Assembly: GCA_026991575.1 (NCBI GenBank)
Contig: JALXBF010000105.1
Location: forward strand, 62,001-126,000
Length of the DNA: 64,000 nt
Reading direction: 5' to 3'
Origin: Planctomycetota bacterium
GTDB taxonomy: Bacteria > Planctomycetota > Planctomycetia > JALXBF01
The translations under genes and the position numbers were made by a program. This document shows, piece after piece, positions 32,833-41,735 of this stretch. The notes under the pieces are model-generated. The model was not told the origin of the DNA. It searched no databases and saw only the letters and a list, made by a program, of their open reading frames with translations. The first letter of the stretch is position 1. The number at the start of each line of letters is the position of its first letter.

Positions 32833-32848
32833 TGCAAAAACGGTGCCA
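32833..32848 (-). promoter_or_regulatory. Sigma-54 (-24/-12) promoter of dnaK
   Basis: Minus strand TGGCACCGTTTTTGCA matches TGGCAC-N5-TTGCA exactly, ~110 nt upstream of the dnaK start and correctly oriented. Confidence 0.75.
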
Positions 32849-33126
32849 CAGCTGCGCGGCACCGTGGACGGGCTCAAAAGGCCGTTATCGCGCCAGCCCG
32901 CCGCCAGAGGGGACGACAAGCTGCCGCCAACATGCCAATGTGGCAATCTGACGTGCAGCCTCTGGAGCATGGGGCGGTGCTCCCAGCAACAGCAGCCCGG
33001 TCGGGGCCGGTCGCTTGACCCGCTGCCCCGTTTTGGAACTATACATAAGTGGTTTTGTTCCCGAGCTGCGGATAGCCCGGGGCCGTGGCCGAGTGAGAAT
33101 GGTTTGCGTAACGGGCTGCGAGGAGC

Positions 33127-34251
33127 ATGGCGAAGAAACGAGCTGCCAGGAGCACGCGGCGGCGGGCGGGTGGCGAGGCGACCCTGGCACAACTGCGTGC
33201 TCGCATCGACAAGTTGGACCGCGAAATCCTGGCCCTGCTCAACGAACGCGCTCGGTTGGCTGCCCAGATCGGCAGTCTCAAGAACGAGCATGGCCTGACG
33301 GTCTACTCGCCCGCACGGGAGGAGGAAGTCATCCAGAATGTGCTAGCCCGCAACAGCGGGCCTCTTAGCGACACCTGCGTGCGGGCAATCTTCCGGGAGC
33401 TGATGAGTGGCTCCCGCGCACTCCAGCGTGCGGTGCGTGTCGCCTACCTGGGACCGGAGTACAGCTTCAGCTACATCGCGGCCCATGAACGCTTCGGTTC
33501 GCCCACCGAATACGTGGGCGTCAACAGCATCGCAGCGGTCTTCGAGGAAGTGGCCCGGCGACAAGCCGACTATGGCGTGGTGCCGCTGGAGAATACCACC
33601 GACGGCGGCATCTCTGAGACACTGGACATGCTCGTGCGCCGGCCGCTACGCATCTGCGGGGAGATCCGCTTGCGTATACATCACTATTTGCTAGCACGTT
33701 GTGAGCAGAGCGCGATCCAGCGGGTCTACAGCAAACCGCAGGCTCTGTCCCAGTGCCGCCGCTGGCTGGCCGAACACCTGCCTCAGGCGCAACTGGTCGA
33801 AGTCGCCAGCACGACCGCAGCCGCTCAACTGGCACAGACCGAGCCCTACGCGGCGGCGGTGGCCAGTCGCCAAGCAGGCGTGCGCTACGGGTTGAACGTC
33901 GTGGCCGAGCGGATCGAGGACTACACCAACAACATCACCAGATTTGCCGTCATCGGCGACCTGCAGGAAAAGCCTACCGGCAACGACCGGACGACGATCC
34001 TGTTCAAGGTACCGCACAAGCCCGGGTCGCTGGCTGACGCGCTGGCAATCTTCAAGCGCAATGGCGTCAATCTGACCTGGATCGAGTCGTTCCCGTTGCA
34101 CGACACCGATCAGGAATACGTCTTCTTCGCCGACCTGGCCGGACACGTGGAACAGACTCGCGTGCGGCGGGCGTTGACGACGCTGGCCAAGCGGGCTGAA
34201 GCCCTGCACGTGCTCGGTTCGTACCCGGTCTCGCCCGTCTACGACGAATGA
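33127..34251 (+). CDS. pheA: Bifunctional chorismate mutase/prephenate dehydratase
   Basis: LRARIDKLD...LLNERA (AroQ domain), VAYLGP, VPLEN, QALSQC, NITRF, ACT domain PGSL...NLTWIESFP. Confidence 0.95.
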   Translation: MAKKRAARSTRRRAGGEATLAQLRARIDKLDREILALLNERARLAAQIGSLKNEHGLTVYSPAREEEVIQNVLARNSGPLSDTCVRAIFRELMSGSRALQRAVRVAYLGPEYSFSYIAAHERFGSPTEYVGVNSIAAVFEEVARRQADYGVVPLENTTDGGISETLDMLVRRPLRICGEIRLRIHHYLLARCEQSAIQRVYSKPQALSQCRRWLAEHLPQAQLVEVASTTAAAQLAQTEPYAAAVASRQAGVRYGLNVVAERIEDYTNNITRFAVIGDLQEKPTGNDRTTILFKVPHKPGSLADALAIFKRNGVNLTWIESFPLHDTDQEYVFFADLAGHVEQTRVRRALTTLAKRAEALHVLGSYPVSPVYDE

Positions 34252-34271
34252 CTTCAGTGAGGAGGCTCTCG

Positions 34272-35045
34272 ATGCGACCGTACTTCGTGGCCGGCAACTG
34301 GAAGATGCATGGGACGTTGGAGGAGTCCGTTGCCCGCGCCCGCGCTTTGGTGGAATCGATCCGGCCGTCCGCCGGTCTGATTGTTGCCGTCTGCCCTCCG
34401 TTCCCGTACCTGCAGGCTGTCGGCCAGGTGCTGGCCGGCTCACCGATTGCCCTCGGGGCCCAGAACGCCTACTGCGAGCGGCAGGGCGCGTACACCGGGG
34501 AGGTAAGCCCGGCGATGCTCCGCGACGTGGGCTGCGAGTACGTGATCCTCGGTCACAGCGAACGGCGGCACATCCTGGGCGAAAGTGATGAGTTGATTCG
34601 GCGTAAGGTCGAGGCCGCCGTAGCCGAAGGCCTACGCGTGATCCTTTGCGTGGGCGAGACGTTGCAGGAGCGAGAAGCCGGCCGGACGCTGTCCGTTATC
34701 GAACGACAGGTGCGGACCGGCTTGGAGGGATTCAGCCGCAGCGTACTGCAGCAGCTGGTGCTTGCCTACGAGCCGGTCTGGGCCATCGGCACCGGCCACA
34801 CGGCAACGCCCGAGCAAGCTCAGGAGGTGCACGAGGCGGTGCGCAGGCTCGTCGCTGAACTGTTTGACCGCGACCTGGCTGAGCAGCTGATCATTCAGTA
34901 CGGCGGCAGCGTGAAACCGGAGAATGCCGCCGCGCTTCTGGCCCAGCCCGACGTCGACGGCGCGCTGGTCGGAGGTGCCAGCCTGAAGGCGGACCAGTTT
35001 GCCCGGATCGTGGCTACCGCCGCTGAGCTGGCCGCCAAGCGATGA
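34272..35045 (+). CDS. tpiA: Triosephosphate isomerase
   Basis: AGNWKM, GHSERR, AYEPVWAIGTG, YGGSV, LVGGASL. Confidence 0.97.
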   Translation: MRPYFVAGNWKMHGTLEESVARARALVESIRPSAGLIVAVCPPFPYLQAVGQVLAGSPIALGAQNAYCERQGAYTGEVSPAMLRDVGCEYVILGHSERRHILGESDELIRRKVEAAVAEGLRVILCVGETLQEREAGRTLSVIERQVRTGLEGFSRSVLQQLVLAYEPVWAIGTGHTATPEQAQEVHEAVRRLVAELFDRDLAEQLIIQYGGSVKPENAAALLAQPDVDGALVGGASLKADQFARIVATAAELAAKR

Positions 35046-35158
35046 AGACCGCGCGATCCCGTTGCCCGGCATTGCGGTTGAACTGACTCATACGATTAGA
35101 TACCCCTAGCACAACGGCACCCGTACGGATCGAGCACGGCCTCAGGGAGTCCCCGGCC

Positions 35159-35554
35159 ATGGGCATCTTGTCGGTGATTCTTTGCATCCTAATGGCCTTA
35201 GTCAGCCTGTTCATGGTCCTGCTGGTCTTGATCCAGCGGGGCCGCGGCGGTGGTCTGATCGGCGCCTTAGGCGGTCCGGGCGGCTCCAGTGCGCTGGGGA
35301 CCCGCGCCGGTGACATCTTCACGCGGATCACGATCGTCACCGCTTGCATCTGGTTCCTGTTGGCCATCCTGCTTGTGAAGCTGCACGGGTTGGCCGAGTC
35401 GCCCTACCAGCCTCAGATCACGCCGGCTCCAGCAGGCGAGCAATCACCCAGCTTGGCGCCGCCTAGCGAAAGCGGGGAACAACCGAGTTCCGCCGAGGGG
35501 GGCACTGGATCGCCCCGTCCACCGGCATCCTCGTCGGAAGACAGCGACTTTTAG
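35159..35554 (+). CDS. secG: Preprotein translocase subunit SecG
   Basis: VLIQRGRGGGL...GG...T..T between two TMs; follows tpiA. Confidence 0.9.
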   Translation: MGILSVILCILMALVSLFMVLLVLIQRGRGGGLIGALGGPGGSSALGTRAGDIFTRITIVTACIWFLLAILLVKLHGLAESPYQPQITPAPAGEQSPSLAPPSESGEQPSSAEGGTGSPRPPASSSEDSDF

Positions 35555-35655
35555 CCGACCGCACCGGGCGGTTGTCTGATCGGACAGACCGTCCCGAGCG
35601 CATCCGGGCAAGGGGGGCGCTGGACCGGGAACCCTGTGTGCATGTGGAGTGGGCA

Positions 35656-36597
35656 ATGTCAGCGGAGACGGCGGACCGAGAAGCTACCCCGAGCCCGTCC
35701 GATTCGACAGCACCCGGCCGACCGATGAGCATGACTGGCTTTGGAATCGGTCGGTTCGAGAGTCCTGAGTTCACGGCCACGGTGGAGGTTCGTACCGTCA
35801 ACCACCGATTCCTGAAGGTGGTGGTGCGTGCGTCGGATCCGTATTCAGTGTTCGAGGGGGAGATCGAGCGTGAGGTACGCAAGCGGATCTCACGGGGCAC
35901 GGTGCACGTGACGTTGCGGATCGAACGCCAGCCGACCGCCGCCGACGCGGCCGTCAACACCGAGTTGCTCCGCGGCTATCTGGACCGTCTGCTGCCGCTG
36001 TCGGTGGAGTACAACCTGCCCCTGACCCTGGGTGACCTGGTTAGCCTGCCCGGGGTGGTGGCCGACGCAACCGGCGCGGGCTACGACCCGATGGAGGACT
36101 GGCCCAAGGTGCGGCACGCGCTGCTGGAAGCCCTCCAACGCGTCAACCTCATGCGTAGCCAGGAGGGCCAGGCAATGGCGTTGGAACTGCGCCGGCTGGC
36201 AGCGTCGATCCGCGATGAGATCGCAGCCATCGAGCAGCGGGCGCCCTTGGTGGTCGAGCATTATCGCCAGCGCTTGGAAGAGCGACTGCGTCAGTGGTTC
36301 GGTGCGGAGGGTCCGGAGCTGGGCAGCGACGAGATCGCGCGCGAGGTCGCGCTGTTTGCCGATCGCGCCGACATTCGCGAAGAGATCGTGCGGCTGCGCA
36401 GCCACCTGGACCAGGTCTGCCGCCTCCTGGACAGCGCAGACCCGGCGGGCAGGCGGCTGGAGTTCCTGGGTCAGGAGATGCTCCGCGAAGCGAACACGAT
36501 TGCTGCCAAGGCGAATGACTCGGAGATCAGTCAGCGGGTGGTGAACATCAAGAGCACGATCGAACAGATCCGGGAGCTGGTTCAGAATATCGAATGA
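35656..36597 (+). CDS. yicC: YicC/YloC family endoribonuclease (start uncertain, 35656-35725)
   Basis: SMTGFG, EVRTVNHRFL, DIREEIVRLRSH, GRRLEFL.QEM.REANT, EQIRE.VQNIE. Confidence 0.9.
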   Translation: MSAETADREATPSPSDSTAPGRPMSMTGFGIGRFESPEFTATVEVRTVNHRFLKVVVRASDPYSVFEGEIEREVRKRISRGTVHVTLRIERQPTAADAAVNTELLRGYLDRLLPLSVEYNLPLTLGDLVSLPGVVADATGAGYDPMEDWPKVRHALLEALQRVNLMRSQEGQAMALELRRLAASIRDEIAAIEQRAPLVVEHYRQRLEERLRQWFGAEGPELGSDEIAREVALFADRADIREEIVRLRSHLDQVCRLLDSADPAGRRLEFLGQEMLREANTIAAKANDSEISQRVVNIKSTIEQIRELVQNIE

Positions 36598-37187
36598 CCC
36601 AGGCAAAGCGGGGCAAACTGATCGTAATCTCCGGGCCCAGTGGCAGCGGCAAGAACACCGTGATCAACCGTCTGCTCCAGCGCACCAAGTGGCCTCTCGT
36701 GCTGTCCGTCTCGGCAACCACTCGGCCGCCGCGGCCTGGCGAGCGGGACGGGGTTGATTATTTTTTCGTGACCCCGGAACAATTTGAACGCATGAAGCAA
36801 GCGGGCGAGTTCGTCGAGTACGCCGAGTATGTCGGCCACTGGTATGGCACCCCACGCCGCTGGCTCGAAGAACAGCTCCAACAGGGCCGCTGGGTGTTGT
36901 TGGAGATCGACGTTCAGGGCGCCCTGCAGATCAAGCGGTTGTTTCCCGATGCGGTGCTCATTTTCCTGCGTACGCCATCGCTGCAGGAATACGAACGGCG
37001 GCTGAGACGTAGAGGGACCGAGGACGAGGCGACCATCCAGCGGCGACTGGCTCAAGCAAAACAGGAGCTGGCTTACGCACGCCACTACGACTACGAGGTC
37101 GTCAACGACGAGGTCGACCGAGCGGTAGCAGAGATCGAGGGCATCCTGGACCGATTGGGAGGTGAGCAGGCGTGTACGAAGAACTGA
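36594..37187 (+). CDS. gmk: Guanylate kinase
   Basis: SGPSGSGK, SVSATTRPPRPGE.DGVDY.F, YGT, LEIDVQGA. Confidence 0.96.
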   Translation: MTQAKRGKLIVISGPSGSGKNTVINRLLQRTKWPLVLSVSATTRPPRPGERDGVDYFFVTPEQFERMKQAGEFVEYAEYVGHWYGTPRRWLEEQLQQGRWVLLEIDVQGALQIKRLFPDAVLIFLRTPSLQEYERRLRRRGTEDEATIQRRLAQAKQELAYARHYDYEVVNDEVDRAVAEIEGILDRLGGEQACTKN

Positions 37188-37429
37188 AAGACGATGCCAT
37201 CTTCAAGAAAGTGGGCGGGCGGTTCAAGCTGTCCGCATTGCTGCAGAAGCGAGTCGCTGCGCTGTTGGCCGGGGCCAAGCCGACCGTCAACATGAAGACC
37301 AAGGATGTCATCGCGATTGCGATCCGAGAGATCATGGAAGACCGGATCTATCTGGAACCGGGTGGTGAGGTGCGGGAGCGAGAGCAATCGACAACGTCAA
37401 CGCCCTCTAGCGACCTGACCCTGCCATAA
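37172..37429 (+). CDS. rpoZ: RNA polymerase omega subunit
   Basis: KVGGRFKL..L.QKR, IAIREI; conserved gmk-rpoZ-coa order. Confidence 0.85.
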   Translation: MYEELKDDAIFKKVGGRFKLSALLQKRVAALLAGAKPTVNMKTKDVIAIAIREIMEDRIYLEPGGEVREREQSTTSTPSSDLTLP

Positions 37430-37529
37430 CGTTCGTGCCAATGCCGCCATCGTCGCTGTCCCCCTGAGGCACGTGCCGGGGGAGTACACTGTTTGCCGGT
37501 TCCGGGCCCCTGGTGCATGGTAATGGCAC

Positions 37530-38078
37530 ATGCACGCTCGTGAATTGCTTATTGGCGTCACCGGCAGCGTGGCGGCCTACAAGGCCGCCGAGCTGGTGTC
37601 GCGCTGTGTTCAGGCTGGAGCCCATGTCACGGTCATCCTCACCCGGGCCGCGCTTCGCTTCATCGGCACAACGACGTTCGAAGCCCTCACCGGGCGCCCG
37701 GCCTACGTCGATCTGTTCCAACCCAGAGAACACTTCCTGGGCGAGCACATCGGGCTGGCCCGCCGGGCCGAGCTCTTCTGCATTGCACCAGCGACCGCCC
37801 AGACGCTGGCACGACTGGCCCACGGCATGGCCGACGATCTGCTCTGCTGCACCGCCCTGGCCTTCGAGGGGCCTATCGTATTGGCCCCGGCGATGAACCC
37901 GACCATGTGGGCCAAACCGGCAGTGCAACGTAACGTCGCTCAACTCCGCGCCGACGGCTACCACATTGTTGAGCCTGCCGAGGGGTGGGCAAGCTGTCGG
38001 GAAGCTGGAGTTGGTAGAATGGCGGAGCCTGAAGAGATCATCGCCGTGTGCCAGCGTCTGCTGAGCCACACGACTTAG
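37530..38078 (+). CDS. coaC: Phosphopantothenoylcysteine decarboxylase (stand-alone flavoprotein)
   Basis: [39 protein letters not shown]. Confidence 0.9.
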   Translation: MHARELLIGVTGSVAAYKAAELVSRCVQAGAHVTVILTRAALRFIGTTTFEALTGRPAYVDLFQPREHFLGEHIGLARRAELFCIAPATAQTLARLAHGMADDLLCCTALAFEGPIVLAPAMNPTMWAKPAVQRNVAQLRADGYHIVEPAEGWASCREAGVGRMAEPEEIIAVCQRLLSHTT

Positions 38079-38112
38079 CCGTGCCCACCCGCCCCGGACG
38101 GACACCGCCGCA

Positions 38113-38754
38113 ATGAGAGTGCTGATCACTGCTGGTCCAACCCGCGAATACCTCGACGACGTCCGTTTCATCACCAACGCTTCCAGTGGCCAGATGGGCT
38201 ATGCCCTGGCCTTGGCAGCCCAGGCGGCCGGTTGGGACGTGGTGCTCGTCTCAGGACCGGTGTCACTGGAACCACCTCGAGGCGTCGAGCTGCATAAGGT
38301 GATCTCGGCGCTGGAGATGTACGAGACAGTCATGGAGCTGGTCGACGGCGTGCAGGGGGTCATTGGCGCGGCCGCCGTGGCGGATTACCGGCCGAAGTTC
38401 CGTCACGAAGGCAAGATCCGTCGGAGCGCCGACCCGCTCGTCGTTGAACTCGTCCCCAACCCGGACATCCTGGCCGAGGTCGGTAGGCGGAAGCGGGCCG
38501 ATCAGTGGATCGTCGGCTTCGCCCTGGAACCGTCACTGGCAGATCTTGAAGCCCCCCGGCGAAAGCTTCAGACCAAGAACTGCGATGCCCTCTGCATTAA
38601 CCCCTCCAGCGTGTTGGACGAAGCGTGGACGGAGGTCTACCTGATGGACCGCTCTGGCGAGCTGCGCAGCCGCTGGAAGGGCCCCAAACTGAACGTGGCC
38701 GCGGAAATCGTCGGCTGGATCGTTGAAAACCTTGCCCGGTCCAACACCGCCTGA
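38113..38754 (+). CDS. coaB: Phosphopantothenate-cysteine ligase (stand-alone)
   Basis: LITAGPTREYLDDVRFITNASSGQMG, AAAVADY, NPDIL, VGFALE. Confidence 0.9.
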   Translation: MRVLITAGPTREYLDDVRFITNASSGQMGYALALAAQAAGWDVVLVSGPVSLEPPRGVELHKVISALEMYETVMELVDGVQGVIGAAAVADYRPKFRHEGKIRRSADPLVVELVPNPDILAEVGRRKRADQWIVGFALEPSLADLEAPRRKLQTKNCDALCINPSSVLDEAWTEVYLMDRSGELRSRWKGPKLNVAAEIVGWIVENLARSNTA

Positions 38755-38755
38755 G

Positions 38756-39751
38756 ATGACTGCCGCACTGGATCGCCGTACATTCCTCGGCCTGCTGCCG
38801 GCCGTGCTAATCACTCGGCAAACCGCTACCGACGCGCCTGCCATCGGCGCCCCCCAGAACGTCGGACCGCGTGGCCGGCCCAAGGTCGTCTCCCGCCTGG
38901 TGATCACCAGACCGGGAGTCTACGAGAACTACGTGGTCGACTGCCAGTGGCAGGGCGGCAACCGCGTCAAAATCACCGCCGACAACGTCATCCTGAGGCA
39001 CTGTGAGATCCGCAACGCTTCCGGTAACGGCATCGGGGTCTTCGGCCGTAACGTCCGGATCGAGCATTGCCACATCCACCACATGCTAGCCGGAACCTTC
39101 TCGAACCAGCGCGACGCCCACGGCATCACCGGCGGCTGGTACCAGGTGGTCATCCGCCACTGCAACATCCACCACGTTTCGGGTGATTGCATCCAGTTCG
39201 ATCCGGACCGCACAAGCCGCGGTCGGGTGCTGATCGAAAACTGCACGCTCTGGACCGGGCCGCTGCCTGAGGCTGCTGCGGGCTTTCAAGCCGGCGAACG
39301 TCCCGGAGAGAACGCCGTCGATACCAAGACACCCCCTCCCACCGTCGACAGCCCTCGCTGCGAACTCGTCATCCGCCGCTGCTACTGCCACGGCTGGAAC
39401 CAGCCGGCTCAGATCACCAACTGCGCGGCGCTCAACATTAAGGAACACGTGCGCGCGCTGATCGAAGAATGCGTCTTCCGCAACAACGAAATCTGCTTCC
39501 GGCTACGTGGCCCGGGCAAACGCGGCGGCGCCCTGGTCACCATCCGCCGCTGTGCCGTCTACGATTCGAAGATCGCGATTCGCATGGAAGACCGTCTCCG
39601 TAACCTGACCGTCACTGACCTCTATGTGGGGCCGGGCGTCCGCCGGCTGGTGCAGCAGGCCGGCAAGCGGCCCTTTCCCGGGTTCCGAATGAGTCGCCCA
39701 CGAAAAGCGCCCCCAATCGATGAGTTGCTGCGCCGCGGCTTCGGCCACTGA
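38756..39751 (+). CDS. Tat-exported right-handed parallel beta-helix protein (pectin lyase-like fold)
   Basis: Twin-arginine signal LDRRTFLGLL; repeats such as NVILRHCEIR, NVRIEHCHIHH, VVIRHCNIHH, GDCIQ, ENAVDTK. Confidence 0.75.
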   Translation: MTAALDRRTFLGLLPAVLITRQTATDAPAIGAPQNVGPRGRPKVVSRLVITRPGVYENYVVDCQWQGGNRVKITADNVILRHCEIRNASGNGIGVFGRNVRIEHCHIHHMLAGTFSNQRDAHGITGGWYQVVIRHCNIHHVSGDCIQFDPDRTSRGRVLIENCTLWTGPLPEAAAGFQAGERPGENAVDTKTPPPTVDSPRCELVIRRCYCHGWNQPAQITNCAALNIKEHVRALIEECVFRNNEICFRLRGPGKRGGALVTIRRCAVYDSKIAIRMEDRLRNLTVTDLYVGPGVRRLVQQAGKRPFPGFRMSRPRKAPPIDELLRRGFGH

Positions 39752-39807
39752 GTCTCGAGAGGCTGCGGAGCTCCAGCTCGTGACGAGCCTTAGGGAGTCA
39801 GGGAGCA

Positions 39808-41637
39808 ATGGTGCGACACTATTCCTTGAGCGTGCTGAGCGTACTCAGCCTGTCGCTGACAATCCAGGCCGCCGACTGGAAACCCGTCGGCGGTCAGATC
39901 ATGACACCGTGGGCTGCCAAGGTCCGTCCCCACAACGTCTGGGCTGAGTATCCACGGCCACAAATGGTCCGCGACTCGTGGATCAACCTGAACGGCCTCT
40001 GGGACTACGCGATTGTCCCGGCCGATGCCGACCGTCCCAGCAGCTACGACGGCAAGATCCTTGTCCCCTTCCCCGTCGAAAGCGCCCTGTCGGGCGTCAA
40101 GAAACCGGTCCGGCCCGATCAAGCCGTCTGGTACCGGCGCACATTCCGGATCCCGCCCGACTGGCAGGGCACGCGGGTGCTGCTGCACTTCGAAGCCGTT
40201 GATTGGCATACCCGGGTATGGCTCAACGGCGAATTCGTCGGTGAGCACAAGGGCGGCTATGATCCGTTCAGCTTCGAGGTCACCGAACAACTCATGCGCG
40301 AAGGTGACAACGAACTGGTCGTCCGCGTCTGGGATCCAACCGACCAGGGCTGGCAGCCACGCGGGAAGCAGGTACTGCGGCCCCATGGCATCTGGTATAC
40401 GGCCGTCACTGGCATCTGGCAGACGGTCTGGCTGGAGGCGGTTCCGCGGAGTTTCATCAGCAGCTTCCGCGTGTACCCGAAGGCTGCTACGGGCGAGGCA
40501 ACCTTTGTGGTGCGAACGCATGGTGCAACGAACACCGCCAGGCTGGAGCTGATCGTCCACCGCGTCAGCTGCCGCGATACGGAAGAACGGATCAAGACCG
40601 TGCACGCGCGCGCCGGTGTCGGAGAACCGCTGCGTATCAGAATACCTGAGCCCCGCCTCTGGAGCCCGCAAACCCCCTGGCTCTACCACGGTCAACTGCG
40701 GCTGCTGACCGATCAGGGAGCCATCGTCGATGAGGTCTCCCTTTACTTTGGCCTGCGCGACGTGGCGGTACGCAAGGCAAGCGATGGCTTTAACCGGCTG
40801 TTCCTCAACGGCAAGCCTGTCTTCCACTTCGGTCCGCTCGACCAGGGCTGGTGGCCCGACGGTCTGTACACAGCACCAAGCGATGAGGCGTTGCGGTTCG
40901 ACGTGGAGACGATGAAGAAGTTCCAGTACAACGCGGTGCGCAAGCACGTCAAAGTCGAACCACGTCGCTGGTACTACTGGTGCGATCGCCTGGGACTGAT
41001 GGTCTGGCAGGATATGCCCAGCGGGGACCGCTTCGTGCGCCGCGGTCAGCCGGACATCGTGCGCAGTAAGGAGTCAGCCGAGAACTTCTACCGAGAATAC
41101 GAGGCGCTGATCGAGACCCACTTCAACCATCCGTCCATCGTGATGTGGGTCCCGTTCAACGAAGGCTGGGGCCAGTTCGAGACGGAAAAGGTAGTCGCGT
41201 TCACGAAGCAGCAGGATCCGACCCGGCTCGTCAACAACGCCAGCGGCTGGGAAGACCGCGGTGTCGGTGACGTGATCGATATCCACCGCTATCCCGGCCC
41301 GGCGATGCCACAGCCAGAACCGAAACGCGCCGCCGTGTTGGGCGAGTTTGGGGGACTGGGATTGCCGCTGCCAGGCCATCTCTGGGTCCAGCGCGAGAAC
41401 TGGGGATACCGCACGTACAGGAGCCGGGCCGAGCTGGAACGGGCCTACTTGGAGTTGATGGCGAAGCTGAAGCCGCTCATCCGTAACGGCCTGGCCGCTG
41501 CCATCTACACCCAGCTCAGCGACGTTGAGCGTGAGGTCAACGGCGTGCTGACCTACGATCGGAAGGTGATCAAGTTCGATCTGCCGCGCATCACTCCGGT
41601 GCACGATTCGTTCTACGAACTAGGAAGCCCGAAGTAG
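39808..41637 (+). CDS. Secreted glycoside hydrolase family 2
   Basis: Signal peptide; EYPRPQ, NLNGLW, LHFEAVD, GIWQTVWLE, NHPSIVMWVPFNEGWG (acid/base), GEFGG (nucleophile). Confidence 0.92.
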   Translation: MVRHYSLSVLSVLSLSLTIQAADWKPVGGQIMTPWAAKVRPHNVWAEYPRPQMVRDSWINLNGLWDYAIVPADADRPSSYDGKILVPFPVESALSGVKKPVRPDQAVWYRRTFRIPPDWQGTRVLLHFEAVDWHTRVWLNGEFVGEHKGGYDPFSFEVTEQLMREGDNELVVRVWDPTDQGWQPRGKQVLRPHGIWYTAVTGIWQTVWLEAVPRSFISSFRVYPKAATGEATFVVRTHGATNTARLELIVHRVSCRDTEERIKTVHARAGVGEPLRIRIPEPRLWSPQTPWLYHGQLRLLTDQGAIVDEVSLYFGLRDVAVRKASDGFNRLFLNGKPVFHFGPLDQGWWPDGLYTAPSDEALRFDVETMKKFQYNAVRKHVKVEPRRWYYWCDRLGLMVWQDMPSGDRFVRRGQPDIVRSKESAENFYREYEALIETHFNHPSIVMWVPFNEGWGQFETEKVVAFTKQQDPTRLVNNASGWEDRGVGDVIDIHRYPGPAMPQPEPKRAAVLGEFGGLGLPLPGHLWVQRENWGYRTYRSRAELERAYLELMAKLKPLIRNGLAAAIYTQLSDVEREVNGVLTYDRKVIKFDLPRITPVHDSFYELGSPK

Positions 41638-41735
41638 TGGCATCGGAACCGCACTGGTCATGTAGAACCGGTCCGGTGGCGGCCGTTGGTCCGCGGGCGT
41701 GCGTGCGACGCTTAGCTTGCCAGAGCCCGTATTCT

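Noticed and set aside
30931..33018. 695-aa plus-strand ORF antisense to dnaK
   Set aside because: Well-known shadow ORF opposite GC-rich dnaK genes, caused by codon bias; no independent motifs.
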